DNA of 64,000 bases. Source: a phage. The position numbers and the translations under genes are program-made. How positions within the stretch are numbered: the first letter of the stretch is position 1; each line of letters opens with the position of its first letter. Positions 54,761 through 62,576 of this stretch are shown here, in pieces. The notes beneath the pieces were generated by a model, which was given only the letters and a program-made list of their open reading frames with translations, did no database searches and was not told the origin of the DNA. The stretch is from sequence record OZ336094.1; one strand, written 5' to 3'.

Positions 54761-55150
54761 ATGCGCAACCTGGTTTCTGTTTCTAACGTTGAAAAATTCC
54801 AATCTTTACAGGGTATCGTTAACAACGTAGCGCCTTTTTTAATCAATGGCTTGATTGCAAAGATGAAAAATAAACATCATGCGGCATGGTCTGCTTACTG
54901 CTTTGATAATGATGAAAAAGCGGCTGAAATGATGTTAAATATGCTGTTAGACAGTGTAGAATCATCTTTACCGGAAAACATCGCAGAAGAGATCACCTAT
55001 CGTTATAATATGGCGATCACTTACCAGGAGGTTGCGCAATTTAATATGATGGATGATGACGAACAACAGGATCAGGAAATGTTCTGGGAGTATGCAGATC
55101 GTCAATCGGCTTTTGATGAAAAGTTAGCGATGTATTATAACGAATATTAA
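54761..55150 (+). CDS. Hypothetical protein, 129 aa (start refined)
   Basis: ATG at 54761 after cassette; track start 54725 lies inside hairpin. Confidence 0.5.
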   Translation: MRNLVSVSNVEKFQSLQGIVNNVAPFLINGLIAKMKNKHHAAWSAYCFDNDEKAAEMMLNMLLDSVESSLPENIAEEITYRYNMAITYQEVAQFNMMDDDEQQDQEMFWEYADRQSAFDEKLAMYYNEY

Positions 55151-55162
55151 TACACGGTAAAA

Positions 55163-55192
55163 GAAAGGGGCGCACTAAGCGCCCTTTTTTGT
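55163..55192 (+). terminator. Intrinsic terminator (GGGGCGC-ACTAA-GCGCCCC + T6)
   Basis: Strong GC stem and tttttt. Confidence 0.65.
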
Positions 55193-55534
55193 ATTCTTTT
55201 TCACAATGGAAGCGACACGTAAAGAATAGGCGTAAAGGTGGCGTAAAACCATCTAAAACCGACTGTAACCGCTTAAACAAGGTAGGAATGATTAATCACC
55301 TTACCAGGATGAAAAAGCTGTTATAAAGCTATCTAGAGCGTTTAAAGCACATAGGAAATAATTTGCTTTTTATCTTGCCTTTTATCCTGCTTTTGATTAT
55401 TATTATGGAACGGGCGGCACCTGGGGACAGGGGAAGATAATCACCGGAAGATCCCGCTATATATTAATAGCTAATATCTATCAAACAACAAAACATCAAA
55501 GGAATAAACTATCAAATCTTTACAATCCTACCTA

Positions 55535-55594
55535 TTGACACCGGATCGCCCTTATACTAAGATGTATCACGTAAGGCGGGAAGTGGTTTCCCGC
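55535..55594 (+). promoter_or_regulatory. Promoter + 5' stem-loop cassette (TTGACA-N17-TAAGAT; hairpin GGCGGGAAG-TGG-TTTCCCGC)
   Basis: Cassette family. Confidence 0.55.
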
Positions 55595-55613
55595 TCAATA
55601 TAGGAATCATATC

Positions 55614-55844
55614 ATGATCGAACAAATTAAACGCGCTGAAGCTATTAACGGCAATGTGATCTATTCTGTCAGCAATAACGAAAAAGGCGTACCCTATGCA
55701 GCGGTGATAGTACAGCCTGACGGTGATTATTGGTTTACTGTATACGGATCTTATTCTTTTGGGCGTCCAGTACATGATAAAATTTTGAAAGTAGCTAATC
55801 CCACTGGGAAGAATATCACAGCAGAAAAATTTTATAAAAAATAG
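55614..55844 (+). CDS. Hypothetical small protein, 76 aa
   Basis: Track ORF downstream of cassette. Confidence 0.5.
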   Translation: MIEQIKRAEAINGNVIYSVSNNEKGVPYAAVIVQPDGDYWFTVYGSYSFGRPVHDKILKVANPTGKNITAEKFYKK

Positions 55845-55919
55845 CTTGCTTTATTTCTTCTGTTAACTTATAGTTATCGCGTAGGGCAAACAATTTTAAA
55901 CGGTAAACGAGGAATCACC

Positions 55920-56303
55920 ATGAGCAATATCATCAACCTGGCGGCTACTGTAAACGGTAAAGACTTTAACGGCGCTGTAGACCGTGATCCTATGTGGTGC
56001 TTATCAGTGTTTAAAGGCGATCTGGTTGAAGTTAGAACAACCGAAGGGTATAGCGATGATTATAAATGCGAGATCCATTTACACAACTGGTACACGGGTA
56101 AAACTTATGCGCTGAATCATGCGTTTATCGGCAAGGTTGAATATAGAGAAATGATCGACGAAGAAACGGGGCAAGATTTTAGCGAGCATGTTTATATTCG
56201 TTCCGAGACATTAGCCGAACGTTTGATCGAGAAAATGAAAGCAAAAAATAAAATTAATTTAACTCATTGGATTGATATAACAAACGATCCTGCTTATCAG
56301 TAA
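55920..56303 (+). CDS. Hypothetical protein, 127 aa
   Basis: Track ORF; RBS acgaggaat. Confidence 0.5.
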   Translation: MSNIINLAATVNGKDFNGAVDRDPMWCLSVFKGDLVEVRTTEGYSDDYKCEIHLHNWYTGKTYALNHAFIGKVEYREMIDEETGQDFSEHVYIRSETLAERLIEKMKAKNKINLTHWIDITNDPAYQ

Positions 56304-56316
56304 ATAACATTTCATA

Positions 56317-56346
56317 CCAGGGCGCACAAAGCGCCCTTTCTTTTTA
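56317..56346 (+). terminator. Intrinsic terminator (AGGGCGC-ACAAA-GCGCCCT + T-run)
   Basis: Same stem as 50955 and 55167 terminators. Confidence 0.6.
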
Positions 56347-56548
56347 CCTAAATAAAGATGATAGCTTTTACCTATCAAGAACGTTCACCGAAAAAAGTGA
56401 ATAGATCGCGGTATCGAGCTAATCAAGGAGCAGATGAACAACCATACCATGAAGATCATAAGGCGCTTACAGCGTGTTTTAGACCGCTTATTTTTAATTT
56501 CTTCATGCAACTATCTGGCAAAAACAGCCTTTTTCTCATCTTTCCTCT

Positions 56549-56626
56549 TAAATGATAATCATTCTTATTTATAGCTGATTATTTATGCAATAAACTGCAT
56601 AATGCAATAATGATAATCATTCTTAA
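56549..56626. promoter_or_regulatory. Two exact AATGATAATCATT palindromes (Fur-box core) in an ORF-free AT-rich region
   Basis: ttaaATGATAATCATTcttat and caataATGATAATCATTcttaa. Confidence 0.5.
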
Positions 56627-56986
56627 CTTAAGACCATCTAACTTATAAAATAATAAGTTATCTAACTAAATTAAAGCTAATTATCTTACTTTTATTTATA
56701 ACATACTGTTACTATCTTATTGATAACTTTATATTAAACAACAATAATCAATGTAAATCATTACTAAGCTAACTATAATCTATCTAACCCTTAAAACTAT
56801 AACTATAATCTATCGAATTGTTGCACAAAGTAACTATTAAATTGTTAGTAACATTGCTAAATAATTAATATCCTATCTATTTATGATCTAATCTTTACCT
56901 TCCTATTTATCACCTAACTAATCATTCCATATAGTAATCATTTCATACAATAACTATAACAAGAAATATAATTCGCAAGCGTATCA

Positions 56987-57182
56987 TTAGCAGCCTATGC
57001 CGGACACATAGGCGGCTAATAATAACGCAACTACACACCCCACATAATAACCATCACCGATAGTCATTATTTGTGCTTATGTAGCTTGCAACAACTGCAA
57101 GCGCAACAATATACAATTGTATATTGTATCCCTTACATTGTTGCGGTGCGTTATTATTAGCTAATGTTTAGAACATTGGCTA
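56987..57182. repeat. Cluster of three long palindromes in a roughly 1.4-kb non-coding region
   Basis: TTAGCAGCCTATG-N7-CATAGGCGGCTAA; perfect 20-bp palindrome CAATATACAATTGTATATTG; TAGCTAATGTT-TAG-AACATTGGCTA. Confidence 0.7.
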
Positions 57183-57465
57183 TAATATAAGCTAAATAAT
57201 AAGCTATACAATAATAAACATCGTGAATAATGATGCTGATGATCATAATGCGCCACCTTCCAGGGGGGCGCTATGTGAACACAAAGAAATCTTTCTTGTC
57301 AAGAAAAATATTAACACTATTGCGCAAAATTATTTATATATGAATAGATGGTTTTTCATACTATTGCCCCCATATAGCCTATCATTTGTTGAGCCTACTT
57401 TCTTAAAAGCGCAATAAATCAGAATTATCTTGATTTTTAGGGCGTTTTATAGTACAGAAAATATG

Positions 57466-57487
57466 CAAATGATAATCATTATCAGCT
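57466..57487. promoter_or_regulatory. Near-consensus Fur box (gcAAATGATAATCATTATCagc)
   Basis: 17 of 19 positions match GATAATGATAATCATTATC. Confidence 0.5.
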
Positions 57488-57639
57488 ATCTTCCACGGGT
57501 GGCACTATTTCACGCCAGATCATTTCATTTGGCAAGGTGTATATAGATGTTTAGACTTGCCAAGCCATTGATTTACTTAGAATTTATCTGTTTTGTTGTG
57601 AGTAGTACCTTTCTTGCTCAGAAAATAATCAAAAGTCTT

Positions 57640-57672
57640 ATAAGTCATTGAATGATAATGCAAATGATAATT
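57640..57672. promoter_or_regulatory. Tandem GATAAT-type hexamer array (gAATGATAATgcAAATGATAATTATTCTCATTg)
   Basis: Overlapping Fur-like hexamers. Confidence 0.45.
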
Positions 57673-58053
57673 ATTCTCATTGATATTTGAGGGGGACGGT
57701 CGGCAGAAATCGGGGGGCGCTGAAAATCGCGTTAAGCACCTCTCGCAAGCGAGCAGTATTTTGCGGCAAGTTATTGATATTATTGACTTTACGCTTATGA
57801 AAAGGGGGGTGTGTCGAAATAAATCGGGTATACCGGAAAATTTTTGTGGTATAGATATTTATTTGTCTATATTATGTACAAAGGGGTGTGTTAAAAATAA
57901 TAGGTATATATAGAATAATTGATAGGGAAATCCTATACTAATCCCTATACTAATTCCTCCATTAATGATGTTCCTATGTTACTGTTCTTGTAATAGATGA
58001 AAAGACGCTGTATGATGTGTGGCATGAAACGTAAACTTATAAAGGAGTCTGAT

Positions 58054-58431
58054 ATGTGTGTTCCTCTTAGCAGTCCACTGCTGTTAGAATTTTACAAAGC
58101 ATGGATGCAAGATCATTCCTCAATGCATCGTGAGAATGTTGGTTTGTGTATTTGCCTTATGGATTATCTGGCAACCACTATGTCAAAGAAAAAACCTACG
58201 CAAGAAGATATAGAACATTTCAAAATGGTTCGCAGTAAAACGCTGGAAGAGATGAAATTGCAATTCACGTGTGCTGGGCTATCCTCCTTCCTGCCCTTTA
58301 ATGATGATCTTCTGTGTTATGAAGATGAAGGTAAGAAACATTCTTGCCATACTAACCCAGAGAGATTGCAGTGGGTGAAAGATCGTATTGCCGATTCATG
58401 TTTGGTGTTAGGGGGTGGTAATGAAAAGTAA
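58054..58431 (+). CDS. Paralog-family protein 1 (start refined), 125 aa
   Basis: Shares LLEFYK.W, GLC.CL.DY, FTCAGL, LPFN, CHTN..RLQWVKDRI with three other genes; RBS aaaggag. Confidence 0.5.
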   Translation: MCVPLSSPLLLEFYKAWMQDHSSMHRENVGLCICLMDYLATTMSKKKPTQEDIEHFKMVRSKTLEEMKLQFTCAGLSSFLPFNDDLLCYEDEGKKHSCHTNPERLQWVKDRIADSCLVLGGGNEK

Positions 58432-58789
58432 TATTCCGTTGAGTAGTGCAGCTTTAATACGATTCTATAAAGCATGGATTGCCAACCATCCGGCAATGAA
58501 TCGCACAACGAGTGGCTTGTGTGGTTGTCTGGTAGATTATGTAGATGATTTTGTTGGTGAGGTAACTAGAGAAGAAGATAAAAGATGGCGTGATCGTTTG
58601 TTGGATAGTTTGAAATACGAAATGAGGAAACAATTTACATGTGCAGGACTGGACTACAATCTTCCGTTCAATGTAGATTGCATGGATTACCTTTCAGAGT
58701 GTATAGACTTGGCGTGTCATACCAACACGTTACGTCTTCAATGGGTGAAAGACAGAATCGAAGATGCAAATAATGCTTGCATTGAATAG
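58421..58789 (+). CDS. Paralog-family protein 2 (start refined), 122 aa
   Basis: Same motif set; RBS gggggtgg; overlaps upstream stop. Confidence 0.5.
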   Translation: MKSNIPLSSAALIRFYKAWIANHPAMNRTTSGLCGCLVDYVDDFVGEVTREEDKRWRDRLLDSLKYEMRKQFTCAGLDYNLPFNVDCMDYLSECIDLACHTNTLRLQWVKDRIEDANNACIE

Positions 58790-58860
58790 AAATGCCTGTA
58801 CACTGTGTTCCATAAGATATGCAATATCGCGCATAACAAAACTACTAATGAGAGGTGTAA

Positions 58861-59319
58861 ATGAAAACTGTATCTTTGTATCTTGCTAACACGGAGCGTG
58901 TACATAATCTTGTAAAAGAATGCGGTGTGAGTGTTCAATTTAACATAGGAACGCCTTCCGTGGTGACAGGCAGTGAGATGTGTGTTATTGATTTCATCAA
59001 TGAATATTTTCGTGGGAAGCCTATTGCTCGTCACTTCATTCGAGAAATGCGAGATGTACAACAGGATTATGAATTCTACCCAGAAATTTGTGAACGCTAT
59101 GAAACGATTCTTAGTTCTGTAGAAGATCCAGATACCAGTGAAACAGGTGTTTCCCACTTGCTGTGGATGTTGAATGAAATTCAGGATGGGTGTAATGGTA
59201 TGTCTGAAACCAAACGCCATCGTTGGTTAGGCTATATTCAGGGTGTTATGGTTATGAAAAACCTTATTACAGTGAATGATGAACGTAATGCTACACGCCC
59301 CGTCTTTAATGGAGCATAA
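58861..59319 (+). CDS. Hypothetical protein, 152 aa
   Basis: Track ORF; RBS gagaggtg. Confidence 0.5.
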   Translation: MKTVSLYLANTERVHNLVKECGVSVQFNIGTPSVVTGSEMCVIDFINEYFRGKPIARHFIREMRDVQQDYEFYPEICERYETILSSVEDPDTSETGVSHLLWMLNEIQDGCNGMSETKRHRWLGYIQGVMVMKNLITVNDERNATRPVFNGA

Positions 59320-59320
59320 C

Positions 59321-59536
59321 ATGAAAAGCATTCAGGTGTGTATTGAAAATAATTGTGGTTATCTGGGATTGACACATGTTGCTTTCCCTCTTATGTTAGA
59401 TGCCGATATCGCTTACAGCGGAGTTGCTTATGTGTCATTCAAGACAATGAGCCAAGTACCTGGCTGGAAGTGGGAAGTAGTTGATGTTGTTGAAGGAGAA
59501 GACTATGTTTTCCTTCCACACGAATATACTGTTTAA
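59321..59536 (+). CDS. Hypothetical small protein, 71 aa (start refined)
   Basis: ATG at 59321 directly after upstream stop. Confidence 0.45.
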   Translation: MKSIQVCIENNCGYLGLTHVAFPLMLDADIAYSGVAYVSFKTMSQVPGWKWEVVDVVEGEDYVFLPHEYTV

Positions 59537-59551
59537 AAAGAGGAAAAGAAG

Positions 59552-59728
59552 ATGGATAAAGAGACTACTGTGTACTTAGTAACAAAGAATACCCCAGGCT
59601 GGAGCCAATGCAGCACTGTACCTTACAAAATCTGTGCAACATTAGAACTAGCACAACGTGCAGAAGCAGAAGTGAATGCCATGCAATACAGCTATGGTGA
59701 AATCATTCCTTTTACTCTTGAACAATAA
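59552..59728 (+). CDS. Hypothetical small protein, 58 aa
   Basis: Hand-translated MDKETTVYLVTKNTPGWSQCSTVPYKICATLELAQRAEAE...; RBS agaggaaaag. Confidence 0.4.
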   Translation: MDKETTVYLVTKNTPGWSQCSTVPYKICATLELAQRAEAEVNAMQYSYGEIIPFTLEQ

Positions 59729-59739
59729 GGAGTTGTGTA

Positions 59740-60192
59740 ATGTTTGAAATTGGTAAAGTGTATCGTTTTAAAAACCCATCTTACATCCGTAAGTTTGCTA
59801 ACGTGTCTGAGTGCAATAGCAGGATTGCTTCTTTTTTAGGTGATTCCTATTTTCGTGTATTAGATGTGGATGATTGGTATGGTGTCACTGCTTTGCAATC
59901 CTTAGCAGGAGAACAAGAAATTATCGCTCAAAATGAAGGAGACTTTCTTCAGTGTTACACGTTGCTTGCAAAAAGTGAGTTTGAGTATTTTGTAGAAGTA
60001 TTGGAGGAAGCACCAAAAAGTAAACACGAAGAGAAATACCTGCTTGTAGTGGATGGAGTTCCGATCATGGAAACCACCTCCCGTGAGGAAGTTGAAAAAG
60101 AGGCGAAACGTTACAAGCTGGATCGTACACAGAGTGTAGTTGAAATCTATTCTCTTGTTGGTGTTGCAGATATTAGTGTGAACATCGTATAA
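59740..60192 (+). CDS. Hypothetical protein, 150 aa
   Basis: Track ORF; RBS aaggag. Confidence 0.5.
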   Translation: MFEIGKVYRFKNPSYIRKFANVSECNSRIASFLGDSYFRVLDVDDWYGVTALQSLAGEQEIIAQNEGDFLQCYTLLAKSEFEYFVEVLEEAPKSKHEEKYLLVVDGVPIMETTSREEVEKEAKRYKLDRTQSVVEIYSLVGVADISVNIV

Positions 60193-60195
60193 TAT

Positions 60196-60408
60196 ATGTG
60201 TAATGACAGATACATTCTTCGTGTATCTGATAAGTCTCCTATGTTTGACTGGCGGGGCTGGTGGCTACTAGCTCCGATGCAAGGTCTGACAGACGTGGAA
60301 AAGGAGGCTTATGTGTATACAAAAGAAGAGATAGAAGATAGCCTTTATTTGACAGATAACATTAAGAATGGTATCTTTGAGTGTAAATTGAAAGGAGAGG
60401 AAGAATGA
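60196..60408 (+). CDS. Hypothetical protein, 70 aa
   Basis: Track ORF. Confidence 0.45.
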   Translation: MCNDRYILRVSDKSPMFDWRGWWLLAPMQGLTDVEKEAYVYTKEEIEDSLYLTDNIKNGIFECKLKGEEE

Positions 60409-60704
60409 CTATTACAGAAAAACTGCGCTGTATTGCAAAGCAAAGTGGAGAAGGTTTATGGTTTCCTATTGAGGAAATTATTCAGGACTGTTATGATCAG
60501 GCTAAGACTGGCAAATACTCCAAAGCATTTAAACCGTCTGTTTTCGGTTTGGATGACTATCCAAAAAATGAACAAGCAAAGAAACGACAAGTTGATTTGA
60601 TTGATCTTGCTATGGAAGCACTACGAGAGCATGGGCTTAGTAAGGTGTATGCTTTAAACACCAAAGAGGGATTTGTAGATTCAGTGATCGTAGACTGGTA
60701 TTAA
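60405..60704 (+). CDS. Hypothetical protein, 99 aa
   Basis: Track ORF; ATGA overlap. Confidence 0.45.
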   Translation: MTITEKLRCIAKQSGEGLWFPIEEIIQDCYDQAKTGKYSKAFKPSVFGLDDYPKNEQAKKRQVDLIDLAMEALREHGLSKVYALNTKEGFVDSVIVDWY

Positions 60705-60713
60705 GGAGAAGTC

Positions 60714-61082
60714 ATGCAAGAGAATAGTAAAGTGTGTAGCATGAAAAGCAGCCCCTATTTGCTAGAATTTTATAAGTGGTGGTTAGAACAAGAAGATACA
60801 AACTTTAGCAAAAAGCATTATGGTCTTTGCACGTGTCTTGTAGACTTCTTATACAATATTGCTTGGATAAAAGATGTTGAGAGTGTATCAAAGCTCCAAT
60901 CCTCTGTACGAGAGGAAATGAAGGAACAGTTTAAGAAAGCGGGTTTGAACCATTTACATCCGTTTAATACGGATTTCTCGCACTACTTTACGGAAACAGA
61001 GCTAGGCATTGCACACCTTAATAAAGAACGTGTACAATGGGTGATTGATCGTATTCGTGATATGGAGGAATGCAATGATTAA
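60714..61082 (+). CDS. Paralog-family protein 3, 122 aa
   Basis: YLLEFYKWW, GLCTCLVDF, HPFN, HLNKERVQWVIDRI; RBS aaggagaag. Confidence 0.5.
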   Translation: MQENSKVCSMKSSPYLLEFYKWWLEQEDTNFSKKHYGLCTCLVDFLYNIAWIKDVESVSKLQSSVREEMKEQFKKAGLNHLHPFNTDFSHYFTETELGIAHLNKERVQWVIDRIRDMEECND

Positions 61083-61284
61083 GTTTAAAACTTTCTGTGC
61101 AATCACTGTTTGTCTTATTCTTGCATACGTGTTATTCTCTAGTATCATTCGTTTAGGTGAGTATATGGCAAGAGAAGCTCGTGAAAGTGAAGCTAAAAAA
61201 GAACAGTGTATTGTGTTAAAGCATCAAAGGGATGCTGAAAAATTTCTTGAACAGGATTGTGGGCGCTATGTGAATTATAATTAG
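61075..61284 (+). CDS. Hypothetical membrane-anchored protein, 69 aa (start refined)
   Basis: N-terminal TM helix (FKTFCAITVCLILAYVLFSSII). Confidence 0.45.
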   Translation: MIKFKTFCAITVCLILAYVLFSSIIRLGEYMAREARESEAKKEQCIVLKHQRDAEKFLEQDCGRYVNYN

Positions 61285-61293
61285 GAGGGAAGT

Positions 61294-61542
61294 ATGTTAG
61301 ATATTTTTACCTTTGATCGTGTTGGTACACCGATTACCGAAGAAGAACGTACCAAAATTGAACAAGAATTGGATGCTTTACGTGCGTCTCTTACAGACAC
61401 AGCCTCACTACAACGTGAAGCTGCACATCTCACAGAGATCACTGGTATTCAGTGGAGCACGGAGTGGGTTGTAATTACAATTGAAGCGGATATTTGGGGA
61501 CATGAAGAGACGCTACGTACCGGAGTAGTAACGGTTTGGTGA
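61294..61542 (+). CDS. Hypothetical protein, 82 aa
   Basis: Track ORF; RBS aggaggg. Confidence 0.5.
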   Translation: MLDIFTFDRVGTPITEEERTKIEQELDALRASLTDTASLQREAAHLTEITGIQWSTEWVVITIEADIWGHEETLRTGVVTVW

Positions 61543-61588
61543 TAGATGTTATTCTTTTGTGTTTCTTGATATATAAATAGGAGGGTTT

Positions 61589-61813
61589 ATGGTAAAACGT
61601 CTGGAATGGGATGCGTGTACTGCTCACGCTTGTCACTGTGATATTGTTGAAGATCCTAATGGAGAGATGGTGTATTATGAGGATTACGAAGCATTGCGCA
61701 ATGCTGTGATTGCTTTGCTGGATGATATTAGCTCACGCTATCCAGGACAACAATTCACGTGTCCACATATCCAACTATTAGCCGAACTTACGGAGTATCC
61801 AAGTGTTCCATAA
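61589..61813 (+). CDS. Hypothetical protein, 74 aa
   Basis: Track ORF; RBS aggaggg. Confidence 0.5.
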   Translation: MVKRLEWDACTAHACHCDIVEDPNGEMVYYEDYEALRNAVIALLDDISSRYPGQQFTCPHIQLLAELTEYPSVP

Positions 61814-61814
61814 T

Positions 61815-61982
61815 ATGGGTGTCCCTGAACAACTGCTCTTTATTGTAGGATTAGTAGGCTTATTGGCGGCTGGCGCTAAAGCCGCTTCTCACACGCATCA
61901 CATAATGTTAAGATTTCTGTTCCTACTCCCTTCTATCCTTGTATTATTAGTCATATTGATTGATAACATTTTTCACAATTAA
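61815..61982 (+). CDS. Hypothetical small membrane protein, 55 aa
   Basis: Hand-translated MGVPEQLLFIVGLVGLLAAGAKAASHTHHIMLRFLFLLPSILVLLVILID... Confidence 0.35.
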   Translation: MGVPEQLLFIVGLVGLLAAGAKAASHTHHIMLRFLFLLPSILVLLVILIDNIFHN

Positions 61983-61991
61983 GGAGAGGTT

Positions 61992-62576
61992 ATGAGTAAA
62001 ATTATACCAAGCAGTTATGAATTATTGCAGTTTTATGTATATTACTTAGACTGGGTTAATAGATCGAATGTTAAAGACAATGCGATGTTTAGTAAAAACA
62101 TCTGTTTAACAGAAAGTATCTTCCGTTATTGGCACACAGGCAGAAAGTGTACACACAGTGAAGCTATGCGCATTGTAGGTGAATACCTGGAGCAATTGCA
62201 AAAAGCAGAACTTCCTGTCCTTCACCCATTCAACGAATCTAAAGAAGAATTAGAACAAGAGTGTAGAGAAGGTAAGTGCCATTTAAATGAAAAACGTATC
62301 GAATGGGTGAGGCAACGTTTAGCCGATGCAGGAAAGACTCCTAGTGACTCTGACTATACGTGGTATGATGTAGAGGGTTTAGTTCAAGGTTTTGAGGCTT
62401 GTGCTATAGATAATACCAACTTTGCCAAAGTTTTATGCGAGGCGTATGACCTGGCAGATAAAATCCGAAATCACGGATGGAAACAAGAGCATAAAGAATC
62501 ATATGAACGCCTTGACAAGATTTTCAAACAGATCTATTCTAACCACAAAGAGATGTTCCAAATGGAGGATGTGTAA
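61992..62576 (+). CDS. Paralog-family protein 4 (divergent, with C-terminal extension), 194 aa
   Basis: ELLQFYVYYLDW, LHPFN, CHLNEKRIEWVRQRL; RBS aaggagagg. Confidence 0.5.
   Translation: MSKIIPSSYELLQFYVYYLDWVNRSNVKDNAMFSKNICLTESIFRYWHTGRKCTHSEAMRIVGEYLEQLQKAELPVLHPFNESKEELEQECREGKCHLNEKRIEWVRQRLADAGKTPSDSDYTWYDVEGLVQGFEACAIDNTNFAKVLCEAYDLADKIRNHGWKQEHKESYERLDKIFKQIYSNHKEMFQMEDV

Noticed and set aside
46418-55594. Assignment of the phage to the T4-type group because of the promoter/stem-loop cassettes
   Set aside because: The polymerase has family-A motifs (DFDSLEA, KYGITYG, YHDE) and the primase-helicase is a fused T7-gp4-like protein, unlike T4 gp43/gp41/gp61. The cassettes are analogous, not proof of T4 relatedness.
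56358-56555. 65-aa ORF immediately after the terminator at 56317-56346
   Set aside because: No RBS, begins inside the terminator T-tract; probably not translated.
57223-57913. ORFs 57223-57417 and 57680-57913 in the large non-coding region
   Set aside because: No RBS, extreme AT-richness, and overlap with palindromes and Fur-like boxes; more likely non-coding regulatory DNA.
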